Shown: in pieces, positions 47,296 to 57,348 of the stretch
Layout: each line of letters opens with the position of its first letter
How positions within the stretch are numbered: position 1 is the first letter of the stretch
Origin: a virus
Taxonomy: Duplodnaviria; Heunggongvirae; Uroviricota; Caudoviricetes
Length of the DNA: 64,000 bases
Direction: 5' to 3' (one strand)
IMG/VR virus record: IMGVR_UViG_3300042905_002309
Span: 41,278 to 105,277 of that record
The notes under the pieces: model-generated
The model's input: the letters and a program-made list of their open reading frames with translations, nothing else
Told to the model about the DNA's origin: nothing
The model's database searches: none
Made by a program: the position numbers and the translations under genes

Positions 47296-47853
47296 TCAAG
47301 TATAATCCTCAGATGTTAAACTTAATGCTAGTGATAAATCTTTATAAGCATCTTCTGCATTGTCAACAGTTACTTCTTTATATTTTGAAGCAATTTCAGG
47401 ATTTACTTCGACAGATGATTTATCAAACATAGCTTTCCAAGCTAATTTAATCAATTCAAGCTTTTCACCAACTTCAACACCACCTTTTCCACCTTTACCA
47501 AAGTTTTTATTAAAATGTCTGTTGGCAGTAGGTGGTAAACGCTTCTGAATATCTTGTAAAACTTTATCTGCATTATGAATGTTTATTTGATCTGCATTAG
47601 TGATCAACATTTTACTCAAATTTGGTTCAGGTTCGATGTAAGCAGAAACGGCTGTTTGAATTAAAGCTGCTCGTGCTTGAGATGTTGGTTCTTTTTCAAC
47701 TGGTTCAGGTGCAGGAGCTTCTGGTGCAGGATTTTCGGCAGGAGCTTCTGTTGCTGCTGGTGCAGTTCCCATATCGGGTGCTGGATTCACTGTAGGTAAA
47801 TCAGCTTCCAATAACATCTTAAATTGTTCGATTAATGTGTCAAATTTACTCAT
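47296..47853 (-). CDS. Hypothetical Pro/Ala-rich protein
   Basis: KFDTLIEQFKMLLEA N-terminus. Confidence 0.7.
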   Translation of the reverse strand: MSKFDTLIEQFKMLLEADLPTVNPAPDMGTAPAATEAPAENPAPEAPAPEPVEKEPTSQARAALIQTAVSAYIEPEPNLSKMLITNADQINIHNADKVLQDIQKRLPPTANRHFNKNFGKGGKGGVEVGEKLELIKLAWKAMFDKSSVEVNPEIASKYKEVTVDNAEDAYKDLSLALSLTSEDYT

Positions 47854-48408
47854 TTAGACTCCTGTTGTGGGTGCTGGTGCGACTGTGCCAGTTGGTGCAG
47901 GTGTGGCAGGTGCTTTTGCTTTTAATTTTGTAAGATAATCAGAAAAAGTCTTCTGCATAGTCGTATCACCCATAATTTTATCCATAACACTTGGAAGATT
48001 TTCGGCTGTTATACCATCTGCAACAACGGGTTGACCAGTTTTTGCATCAGTTGGAACAACATTTTGTTTTGGAACACCAGATGTACCCGGTGAAGATGCT
48101 GCTGTAGGTGCTGTTACTGGCACAGTTGGTGTTATTGCTCTACCTGTTTTTGGATCAATTTGTGGTGTCGTAGGGGAATTTGGTTGAGTTTCTGTGGTTG
48201 CTGGTGATCCTGCAATTGGTGATACCGCAGCTTGTCCAGCACCAGTTGTAGCACTAGTGGTGGTATTCGGTGTTGATTGTGCCACTACAGGTTGACCTGT
48301 CTTGGGATCAATTTGCGTTGCTGTTTTAGGTGCGTTAGGTGCTGATACTTGTCCTACAGCTTCATAAATCTTCATTTTTTGTTCAATAGCTCTGTCAAAT
48401 TTTCTCAT
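47854..48408 (-). CDS. Low-complexity Pro/Ala/Thr protein with DxKTG repeats
   Basis: QIDPKTGQPVV, QIDPKTGRAI, TDAKTGQPVV; AGGAG RBS. Confidence 0.7.
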   Translation of the reverse strand: MRKFDRAIEQKMKIYEAVGQVSAPNAPKTATQIDPKTGQPVVAQSTPNTTTSATTGAGQAAVSPIAGSPATTETQPNSPTTPQIDPKTGRAITPTVPVTAPTAASSPGTSGVPKQNVVPTDAKTGQPVVADGITAENLPSVMDKIMGDTTMQKTFSDYLTKLKAKAPATPAPTGTVAPAPTTGV

Positions 48409-48597
48409 AAATTTCTCCTGTGTTTAAAGTATTTATCAAATGTTCTGCTAAATTACAACTCCAAAAGTATATCTTTGGTATTCTCTGAGCAAAGCGCAGC
48501 GTTTATTCAGCTTTGAAAATTGAAAACCTTTTCTTCATTCTTTCTTTCTCTTTTTCTTTATACTTTCTTATTCTCTTTCTTTCTTACTTCTTTGGGA

Positions 48598-48716
48598 AAG
48601 CTTTATAACAGCTTTATAAAGCTTTATACAGCTTTACAAAAATTTATACAGCTTTATAAAGCTTTGTGCTTTAATTCTTAAAGCTATTATGTATTTATAA
48701 AGCTTTAAGGGCTTTA
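48598..48716. repeat. Tandem ~10-bp AGCTTTATAM repeats next to a pyrimidine tract (candidate replication origin)
   Basis: gctttataaa/gctttataca/gctttacaaa in 10-nt register in an intergenic gap. Confidence 0.7.
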
Positions 48717-48718
48717 TT

Positions 48719-49638
48719 TCATAGTCTGAACTGGTGGATCGAATGAAAGACTTGTGCGACAAGATCAGGATTCGTCATGAAGGTGTCTCGTTTGCCCAAG
48801 AATATTAGATCGGGGTGCGACCTAGACAAGGACTTGAGTACACCCCTCAAACATTTTCTAAGGCATGAGATATCCACATATTCATATATGCACATATTCG
48901 GATTATTGAATATGTTATCCTCACGCAAAATGTCGGGAAATGCGACAAATACTTCTTTGATGGTTGGATCAGCAGGTTTATGTTGAATTAAATAATAAAT
49001 CACAAAATTCGTAAAAAGTTGTTTTGCTTCACGATTGCGTAAATTAATTTTACCATTTTCGAATAGATTATATGCGTAAATAGAATCCATAATTGTGTTA
49101 TGGATTTTTTCACGATAAAAATGATCAAAATCTATTAATTTAATACTCTGACTTAACATGCTAACAGTATAGCAGTTTACATGAAAGATTCAAGTACTAT
49201 TTTCTCGATGAGTTCTGTTGGAAGATGTTGGGAATTAGCTTCTTGTAAACACTGTTTAAAATGTTTAGCAATAATGGATAATTCATGTTTGAAGGCTAAT
49301 TCCTTTTCGTATAATTCGATAGGAAGTTTTGAAACATCTGTAGCCTTTTCAAGGTAAATATTATGGTTTAAAAGTTCTGTTTTAGAACCAAGCATTTTCT
49401 TAACTTTGGTGATATAAGAATCGATTGAAGTGTAGGATAATTTTTCTTCAAGTGTTACGGGTTTGTGAATTAAATTACCATTTGCATCAATAACGCCAAG
49501 TTTGAATGCATCAGTATTTTTAAATGGTTCAGCCAATTTTTTCATAACATATGCAGTTAAAAACGCCTCATTGAGATTGAGTGTTGGATTACTTGCATCA
49601 CTTTTGCCACATAAAAGACATTTTTCGTTACTTTTCAT
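48719..49638 (-). other. Two hypothetical genes (48719-49159; 49177-49638 with AFKLGVIDANG motif common in T4-like phages)
   Basis: ORF track. Confidence 0.65.
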
Positions 49639-50080
49639 CGATTATTTCCTTCGCTTCGTTTAAAGTATTTAGAGTTTTTGTTAGATTTTCGATCAAAATT
49701 TGCATAGATTCTATCGTAAGTTCGACAGGTGTGTTATAAACTTGCAATAAGTAAGCATAACGTTCAGGATATTTCTTCATGAACCAATCTGAGAAAATAA
49801 TACCACCCTTATGTGCGCCAGTGGCACTAAATTTATGACAATAACAACATAAACTTACAGAATTTAAAATATCCCAAGATAATGCATAATTTTCTCGTCC
49901 TATAACATGGTGAGAATTTAATATGGTAGGTTTACCCCTTATATTAATTTCTTTATATTTTATTCCACAAAGTTCGCAATAACCTTTATGTCTTCCTATT
50001 AACGACCATAATTTCCATGCGTGTTTTTTTAGTTTTGAAATTGATATTTTTTTATTTATTTTTTTTGGCATATGGTCCAC
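49628..50080 (-). CDS. NinG/HNH-like nuclease
   Basis: CELCG...SHHVIGR...WDxxNxxxLCxxCH. Confidence 0.7.
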   Translation of the reverse strand: MDHMPKKINKKISISKLKKHAWKLWSLIGRHKGYCELCGIKYKEINIRGKPTILNSHHVIGRENYALSWDILNSVSLCCYCHKFSATGAHKGGIIFSDWFMKKYPERYAYLLQVYNTPVELTIESMQILIENLTKTLNTLNEAKEIIDEK

Positions 50081-50303
50081 GTTTCTTTCCTAGTTGCAAT
50101 TCTGATCTTTTATGGCATACCTCTAATGATCTAATTTTACCTTTATTTAAATTATATGCATTTTGTAAAAAAGAATTAGTATGTTTATTATAATATAACG
50201 AATGTTTATGAGCATTAATACGTTTTCTACAATCGATACTCTGACCAATATAACACTTATTATTGATTGTATTTGTTATTTTGTATATACCACATATCTT
50301 CAT
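50052..50303 (-). pseudogene. Truncated GIY-YIG endonuclease
   Basis: GIYKITNTINNKCYIGQS, only 83 aa. Confidence 0.6.
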
Positions 50304-50318
50304 GACAATTATTTAGAA

Positions 50319-51416
50319 TTAAATACCTAAAGTCAATTGTCCACCAGTACCTGCGGGTGTGCCATCAATAACGGGTTTAGGGCCACCAACCGATGGAGCA
50401 GGATTAGTTCTGTGTGAAAATCTTGAATCAATTTTATCTTTAATTTCTGGTGTTAATTCTACTGCATCAAAGTTACCCCAATTTGATTTACCTTGTGCTA
50501 ACATTTTCTTACGATAAATTGCAATAGCTTGTAAAGGATTAAATGCCCAAGAAACAGCATAACCACGATAGTCTCTATCAGATGAACCATCTCTGAGTGA
50601 TATACCATCTTTTCTGATTAAAAATGGAGTTTTGGATACGAGAGCTTCATTTAAACGTTTTAAATATTCATGACCTTCTGGTAGACATTTTACTTTATAA
50701 CCAATACCATATTTTTCCATACTTCTTGCAACAGGACCACCTCTACCTTTGGCAATATCATCTGGTGAACTTACTGCAAATACAACAACATTTTTATTAT
50801 CTAAAATTAATCGTTCACCAACTTTTGGTGGATTTACCCCAACAGGAATATCAAGCGTAAAATATTGACTACCATAACTTTCAGGAGTTGATGTTAAAAA
50901 TTTGTTATACTCTTTTGACTCACGCACAAGCGTTCTGCGAATCATAGGAGTTTTCTGTTTCTTCTTTTTACCCTTACCCTTCGAACCAAATCCTAAAATC
51001 TTAGGCATACGAGCATCACCGGGTGCGTAATTATCACCACTAAATGGTGTAGCTGTAGTTACAACATTAGGGCCAAACATACTACCAGCACCACCTGCCA
51101 TTGTGTTTTCTTTTAAATCTTTTGCATCCATTTCAGCAACCATATCTTTAAAACTCTGCTTAACACCCCTTTTAAGTTTGCCTTCCATTTTGTCCAATTC
51201 TTTGTAATAATCGGAACCGATTTTAGAGTCTTTCTTCTTCGGAAATTCGGCTGTATGCTGTTTTGCAATTTTTTCGGCTTTTTTCTGATCATCGGTGTGC
51301 TCTTTTTCTATTTTAGAACCTTTTTTAATCATTTTAGGATCGAAATCTGAGGTTTTAGTGCCTAATAGGTCTACTACTTCATTTAAATGTGCTTTAAAAA
51401 TGTCTAAAAATTTCAT
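50319..51416 (-). CDS. Modular protein: DUF5661-like domain plus a copy of the capsid N-arm
   Basis: GxKIEKEHT...AxKIAKQHxxE...YY; SGDNYAPGDAR shared with gp23. Confidence 0.75.
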   Translation of the reverse strand: MKFLDIFKAHLNEVVDLLGTKTSDFDPKMIKKGSKIEKEHTDDQKKAEKIAKQHTAEFPKKKDSKIGSDYYKELDKMEGKLKRGVKQSFKDMVAEMDAKDLKENTMAGGAGSMFGPNVVTTATPFSGDNYAPGDARMPKILGFGSKGKGKKKKQKTPMIRRTLVRESKEYNKFLTSTPESYGSQYFTLDIPVGVNPPKVGERLILDNKNVVVFAVSSPDDIAKGRGGPVARSMEKYGIGYKVKCLPEGHEYLKRLNEALVSKTPFLIRKDGISLRDGSSDRDYRGYAVSWAFNPLQAIAIYRKKMLAQGKSNWGNFDAVELTPEIKDKIDSRFSHRTNPAPSVGGPKPVIDGTPAGTGGQLTLGI

Positions 51417-51470
51417 TGACTTATCCTCTTTTCGTGATACTATGAAACTATTTAGTAGGAGAATAAACAA

Positions 51471-51882
51471 ATGAGTAAAACAAATGCTGATTTTTGGATG
51501 GAAGACGTTACTACGATTTCTTTAAAAGCTATGGAAGTCATTGAAGAAGCACTTAAAGAGTACGGAATAACGTTAGAAGCTGGTGTAGATGATGAAATTT
51601 ATTTACCTATGTTTTCTGTATTAGAACGTTTATCGAATGGGAATTATAGACATGAACACTAAAAAGACTCCCATGAGGGCTTTAAAAATCGTTTTTAATG
51701 ATGGTACTGATCCAAAAGAGATCGAGATTGGTAAATATACACAGATTCTCAAACCACTTAACAAAGTATTATTTCACATGGATAAACTTGATGATGGTAA
51801 AATCCTTTTGATTGTAGGTGCAGATTTTGTGGAAGACTTTCGTAAAGTCGATAGAATTGAAGTAGTAAGGAATGACATATGA
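51471..51882 (+). other. Two small hypothetical genes
   Basis: AGGAG RBS; TTGACT-16-TACTAT promoter at about 51416-51443. Confidence 0.6.
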
Positions 51883-52286
51883 GTACACTTAAAGAAACGT
51901 TAGCAAAATACACAGCAGAGATAAATGAAGACATACATTTAGATAGAGTAAATGTGTCGGATATGGTTTTAAAGGTACCCGGAATTAAACATAAATGGGT
52001 TGCACGTTTAATGAATCATAAAGCAGATGTATTAGAATTAATTGAAGCACGAGAGACAGCAATTTCACATCTTATTAAGAAAATTAAATCCGAATCACCA
52101 GTAACCATCAACGATTTACTTGCCAGTAAAGAAGCTGAAAGACATGAATTAATCACTAAAGTCGATAAAGAAATGCGTGATCAGCGTAATATTATCGAAT
52201 ATCTTGAAAAGGTAGAAAAACTCATGTCACAGATTACTTTTGATATTAAAAATCTCACTGAATTAAATAAACAAGAGACAATGTAG
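51879..52286 (+). CDS. uvsY: Recombination mediator UvsY-like
   Basis: Size, P..KHKW, YLEK...FDIKN; lies upstream of UvsW. Confidence 0.75.
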   Translation: MSTLKETLAKYTAEINEDIHLDRVNVSDMVLKVPGIKHKWVARLMNHKADVLELIEARETAISHLIKKIKSESPVTINDLLASKEAERHELITKVDKEMRDQRNIIEYLEKVEKLMSQITFDIKNLTELNKQETM

Positions 52287-52330
52287 TAAATAATTCTTGA
52301 CTTCTTATTTTTGTATGTTAATATATAGAA

Positions 52331-53980
52331 ATGCACATAGTAATAGATTTAGATTCAGTAAGGGATAAAGGCATTATAAAGAGTGATTCACTCGATATGA
52401 TACGTGAATTCTTTTCTGAGGCTGACCCAAAGGCCAGTTTGATGAAGAATCTTTACAAATCAAAGGCACGTTTTATACCATCACGAAAGTATGCTATTAC
52501 AGAAGCAGGACGTTTTGAATTAGGTTTATTGGTTGATATAATCAATTACATAAAGAGTTTAAATGCCCCATTCAGAATTATATTTTCTGAACAATTTAAA
52601 GCTCGTTATCTATCAGCATATCCCTTTGCAGAAGAACCATTAACAAAATTGAGTTTGGAATTATATGATTTCCAGCGTATAGGTGTAGTTAAAGCATTGA
52701 AGAATGGAAATGGATTACTTATTGAACCTACTGGTGCAGGTAAGACTTTAATGCAAGGAACTATTATTGCTACTGTAATGGCTCACAAACCAGAAAGCAG
52801 AGTATTATTAATCACACTCACACATTTAATTGACCAAATTTACAACGAATTGGTATCATACGGTATTGATCCAATTAATATTTCAAGATGGTCTGGTGGA
52901 CACGAATTAGATCGTAGTAAAAGTATTGTAATATGTGGACCAAATATTCTTTACAGTAAAATAGATAATGTAGAACTTGAGATGAAAAAGGTGAAGATTA
53001 TTTTTCTTACTATGAAAAAAACCTATGATACAGATCAAAGTCTATCACCTGCCGCTAAATCGAAGTTACAACTACAAATGCGTGAAGCGAAGGATAAACT
53101 TGAGTCACTTGAAGTGAAACTTACAGAGAATAAAGTTATCCATAATTTCCTTGGTGAGATTGATTTACTTATTGCAGATGAAATCCATTCATGGAAAAAG
53201 GACGGAGAAATCACCAACGTTTTGAAGTACATAAACACACGTAATCGCTTCGGGTTTACTGGCACGTTACCAGAAATGAAGATCGATCAATGGAGTATTA
53301 TTGGACATTTTGGCCCTATTGTCCATGAATCTAAACGTGAACAACTTGTAGCTGATAAACACATTTCTGATACAGATGTACGTATTATATTATTAGAGCA
53401 TAAGAGTCCACCAAACTTCAAGCCACCACATATAAGTGAGCGTGAGGAAGATGAAACTTCAACGGAATATTATGAACGTGAATTGGAGTATATTCATCAT
53501 AACGTATTCAGAAACAATGTAATTAAAAAGATTGCCGATAAAACTGCAAAGAACACATTAATTTTGATAGATCGTCTTGAACATGGTGATTATCTATATG
53601 AATTTTTGAAATCAAATTTACCTAATAAAGAGGTTTATTATATTAAAGGAGAAGTTGAAGATGAGGAACGTTCAAAGATAACCGCTTTAATGGAGAAGCA
53701 AGACAACGTTGTTTGTATTGCTATGTCGAGAATATTCAGCACAGGTGTAAACATCAAAAACTTGCATTATATTGTGTTCACTTCGGCAGGAAAAGCCAAA
53801 GTAAAAAACATTCAGAGTATCGGGCGTGGAGTCCGTAAGTTAGAGGGTAAGATTAAGGTAGTTATTTTCGATTTATGCGATAACCTTTTCTACTCTATGA
53901 GACATTTAGATCAAAGGACTAAAGTATATGACAATGACCAAATCAGTTACCAAATCACCAAAATTAAAGAAAGTACTTAA
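52331..53980 (+). CDS. uvsW: SF2 helicase UvsW
   Basis: PTGAGKT, DEIH, GFTGT, FSTGVNIKNL, QSIGRGVR. Confidence 0.92.
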   Translation: MHIVIDLDSVRDKGIIKSDSLDMIREFFSEADPKASLMKNLYKSKARFIPSRKYAITEAGRFELGLLVDIINYIKSLNAPFRIIFSEQFKARYLSAYPFAEEPLTKLSLELYDFQRIGVVKALKNGNGLLIEPTGAGKTLMQGTIIATVMAHKPESRVLLITLTHLIDQIYNELVSYGIDPINISRWSGGHELDRSKSIVICGPNILYSKIDNVELEMKKVKIIFLTMKKTYDTDQSLSPAAKSKLQLQMREAKDKLESLEVKLTENKVIHNFLGEIDLLIADEIHSWKKDGEITNVLKYINTRNRFGFTGTLPEMKIDQWSIIGHFGPIVHESKREQLVADKHISDTDVRIILLEHKSPPNFKPPHISEREEDETSTEYYERELEYIHHNVFRNNVIKKIADKTAKNTLILIDRLEHGDYLYEFLKSNLPNKEVYYIKGEVEDEERSKITALMEKQDNVVCIAMSRIFSTGVNIKNLHYIVFTSAGKAKVKNIQSIGRGVRKLEGKIKVVIFDLCDNLFYSMRHLDQRTKVYDNDQISYQITKIKEST

Positions 53981-54590
53981 AGTAAAGACGCTTAAATTAT
54001 CAGCAGGAACCAAGAGACATAATAAAGTTATGGATTTTGATAAAGAAGTCTGTGTAGATAATTCTGTAGATGTAGACTATCATCTTTATGATCCAGAACA
54101 TTTAGAAGAATCTGAAATAGTCCATTCAGATGAAATTGAAGAAATTCCTGCTGCTGTTATTTCAAAAATTAAAAAGATTAAAATTAAAGAAGAAAAGAAA
54201 AAGTATTATGTGGATAATGATACATTTGAAACACTAATTCAGGACTTCTATGATACTGATAAATTCTCTGATGAATTGGCTATGATTCTGTATAATATTG
54301 CGAATCGTGTAGCATTTATGCCAAATTTCATCAATTATAGTTATAAAGATGAAATGATTGGGGATGGATTACTTAAAGAAATTCAGACTATTAAATCTAA
54401 GAAGTTTGATGTTAAACGTGGTAAAGCATTCAATTATTTTACTACAATCGTATGGAATGCATTTATTGGTCGAATTAAAAGTGAACAAAAAGAACACACA
54501 CTTTTAAAGGAACATCAAGAGCGTGAATATGATATTTTAACTAGTGGAAGAAGAATCACAGTTAACGATCATGTAGATACTTGCGACTAA
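53928..54590 (+). CDS. gp55: Late-transcription sigma factor gp55-like
   Basis: YYVDN, PNFINYSYKDEMIGDG, AFNYFTTIVWNAF..RI..E. Confidence 0.9.
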   Translation: MTMTKSVTKSPKLKKVLKVKTLKLSAGTKRHNKVMDFDKEVCVDNSVDVDYHLYDPEHLEESEIVHSDEIEEIPAAVISKIKKIKIKEEKKKYYVDNDTFETLIQDFYDTDKFSDELAMILYNIANRVAFMPNFINYSYKDEMIGDGLLKEIQTIKSKKFDVKRGKAFNYFTTIVWNAFIGRIKSEQKEHTLLKEHQEREYDILTSGRRITVNDHVDTCD

Positions 54591-54626
54591 GATTGACTTT
54601 ATCGAATCTTTTGATATTATAGGGAC

Positions 54627-55706
54627 ATGATAAATATCTACAACCCAAAAATTGCTTTAATTTCTGACATCCATCTTGGAATTCATACTAACAGTGAGGT
54701 ATGGCATAAGATTATGTTGGATTATGCTGTATGGTTACGTGATGAACTTATTACCAAAGGTATTAAAGATATCTTTGTATTAGGTGATATTTTTAATGAT
54801 CGTTCAGATATAGGTGTGCAAACCCTTCATGTAGCCGAATCTTTCTTTAAGACTTTTACTGATGGATTGTACAATTTTAATGTAGTATTAATAACTGGTA
54901 ATCACGACAGTTTCTTTCATGATAAAGCAGATGTGAATAGTATTAGTATCTTAAAAGGTTGGAAAAATATCACAGTTGTAGACAAATTGGAGATAGCTGA
55001 ATGGTCAGGTAAGAAATACGCTTTTGTACCGTGGGGTGTTGATATTAACACACTACCTAACGATTTATCTGGAATATTTGGACACTTCGAAATTAATACA
55101 TTTAAAGTCAATAACAATAAGATTTGTGAACATGGTGTTGATTCTGATCTATTACTATCAAAGGCACCAAATGTTTATAGTGGTCATTATCACACTCCAC
55201 AAGCAAGAAAATACCCCAACGGTAAGATTCTATATTTAGGTTGTCCATATGCACAACGATGGAGTGATGTAGACGATACTAAAGGCTATTATATCATGGA
55301 CATCAAGACTGATGATATTGACTTCTTTCCGAACAATGTTAGTCCAAAATATTACAAGATTAAGTTATCAGATTTAATGGATAAAGAAAAACGTCCAGAA
55401 ATCAAGTGCAGAATACCGGGTAATTTCATTAAAATTATTGTCGATAAGAAATTAGATTATGAGATGTTTGAAAAATTACAAACTAGTCTTAATGCGTTGA
55501 AACCAATGGATTTAGGTAGTGATTTTAGTGAACGAAGCACTATTGAGACACCAGAAGTTTATGAAGCAGTTGATATGGATATACCTGTTCTTATACCAGA
55601 ATATGTAGATTTACTTGATAAACCAGATTTACGTGATAAGATAATTGCTGAAATGGATGAGATTTATAACACAGCTTTAACTAAAGTAAAGATTGAGAGC
55701 AACTAA
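54627..55706 (+). CDS. gp47: Recombination nuclease gp47 (Mre11/SbcD-like)
   Basis: SDIHLG, LGDIF, GNHD, GHFE, SGHYH. Confidence 0.92.
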   Translation: MINIYNPKIALISDIHLGIHTNSEVWHKIMLDYAVWLRDELITKGIKDIFVLGDIFNDRSDIGVQTLHVAESFFKTFTDGLYNFNVVLITGNHDSFFHDKADVNSISILKGWKNITVVDKLEIAEWSGKKYAFVPWGVDINTLPNDLSGIFGHFEINTFKVNNNKICEHGVDSDLLLSKAPNVYSGHYHTPQARKYPNGKILYLGCPYAQRWSDVDDTKGYYIMDIKTDDIDFFPNNVSPKYYKIKLSDLMDKEKRPEIKCRIPGNFIKIIVDKKLDYEMFEKLQTSLNALKPMDLGSDFSERSTIETPEVYEAVDMDIPVLIPEYVDLLDKPDLRDKIIAEMDEIYNTALTKVKIESN

Positions 55707-56566
55707 TGAATAATAAAATCGGAATTGGTGTAGTGACCTACAATAGAGTGGATTTTTTCAAACAATGTATTAATACTATCCCTGATGGAGTTGGTACACT
55801 AGTCGTTATTAATGACGGTACACCATATTCAAGTGATGCATATCCATCAAAAATCAAAGAAGTTATTCAACATACAACAAATAAATGCGTAGGTGTTTCA
55901 AAAAACGAAGCCCTACGCTACTTAAAACAAGACGGTTGCGAACATCTATTCCTAATCGAAGATGATATGCTTATCAAGCGTCCTGATGTCTTTGAAACAT
56001 ATATCAAAGCTGCAAGTAAATCAGGTATTTGGCATATGAACTATGGTCCGGGAAGTCCTTTAAATCGTGTCCAAGACCCTGAAATTCTTAAACTCGATCT
56101 AGCTGGTAGAGATAAGTGGGATAAACATTCCCCAATTAATCCAAGATGTATTATCGATTATGGTGATGGAGTTCAAATTGCTTTATACAAGCATACAGTA
56201 GCTATGTTCTCATATTTCTTAAAGGGAGTTATCACAAACTGTGGTTATTTTGATGAACGATTCCAAAACGCATGGGAACACGTTGAACATACTTACAGGA
56301 TTATCAAAGCTGGATTACATCCCCCATTCTGGAATTTTGCTGATATCTATGACAGTACGGAATATCTTCAAGAAATTGAAGGAGCTATCGAAAATTCTAG
56401 TATTACTAAGGATGATGCTAAATGGAAACGTAATATCCATAACGGTGCCGAGTTGTACCAACATTTACATGGACATTATCCTGCACAGATAAAAGACGCT
56501 TCACCAGAAGAAGTTCAGGAAACATTAAGACATATCAAGACTAATTATTCCAGAGAATTGACATGA
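55706..56566 (+). CDS. GT2-family glycosyltransferase
   Basis: TYNR, INDG, EDD, GYFDERF. Confidence 0.85.
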   Translation: MNNKIGIGVVTYNRVDFFKQCINTIPDGVGTLVVINDGTPYSSDAYPSKIKEVIQHTTNKCVGVSKNEALRYLKQDGCEHLFLIEDDMLIKRPDVFETYIKAASKSGIWHMNYGPGSPLNRVQDPEILKLDLAGRDKWDKHSPINPRCIIDYGDGVQIALYKHTVAMFSYFLKGVITNCGYFDERFQNAWEHVEHTYRIIKAGLHPPFWNFADIYDSTEYLQEIEGAIENSSITKDDAKWKRNIHNGAELYQHLHGHYPAQIKDASPEEVQETLRHIKTNYSRELT

Positions 56567-57348
56567 AAATAACTATAGGAACCAATTATTTTAATACATA
56601 TGATCGTCAGACACGAGCACAAGAATGTTTACGGGAATTAAAACGTAGACATTCTGAAATATCTCTTTATGATGTACAATTCATGGATGATTTTTCTGGT
56701 CTTATTGATGATTTCAAAACTTTACCTGTATTAACCAGATCAAGTAGAGATGTGACAGATGGTAAGAAAAAGCTACCATTCGTTAATGATATTTTCAACG
56801 TACTTAGCGAAACTGATGCTGATTATTTTGTATTCACTAATAGCGATATTTTGATAACTGAACCACTAATCACTAAAATATTATCAGAACAAATTAAAGC
56901 TACACCATGTAATAGATTAGATATTTATCCCTTGAAATCGTTAACAAGTGAGATAATACCTTACAGATGGGAGATCGGTGGATTTGATACGTTTGTATTC
57001 AATAATAACTGGTATAAAGCTAATAAACATCATTTTGAAGACTTCTTAATGGGTTCTGTATGGTTTGATCATCATTATGCAGGAATCATGAAAAAGTTGA
57101 CTAACGATCCTTTACAGAACACATTTCCACCGTCAATATTACATGAGATGCACAATAAGAATTGGTCTTTTGATGATGTGGAATCTAAATTCAATGCGAA
57201 ACAGTATGAAAATTCAAAATACAAACATCTAAGTAAAGTATGGGATGATTATTTTGCACAATATTTAAAGAACAGTCGTCAAAACGGATTCGTATTGATT
57301 CCAGAGGATCATGAGAAACTTCTAGAGAAAGATTTTTTCAAAACATGA
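56563..57348 (+). CDS. GT-A-like glycosyltransferase
   Basis: FTNSDI DxD-like motif, G.D.FVF, HE.H. Confidence 0.65.
   Translation: MKITIGTNYFNTYDRQTRAQECLRELKRRHSEISLYDVQFMDDFSGLIDDFKTLPVLTRSSRDVTDGKKKLPFVNDIFNVLSETDADYFVFTNSDILITEPLITKILSEQIKATPCNRLDIYPLKSLTSEIIPYRWEIGGFDTFVFNNNWYKANKHHFEDFLMGSVWFDHHYAGIMKKLTNDPLQNTFPPSILHEMHNKNWSFDDVESKFNAKQYENSKYKHLSKVWDDYFAQYLKNSRQNGFVLIPEDHEKLLEKDFFKT

Noticed and set aside
48598-48716. CRISPR or mini-array
   Set aside because: Tandem 10-mers without spacers.
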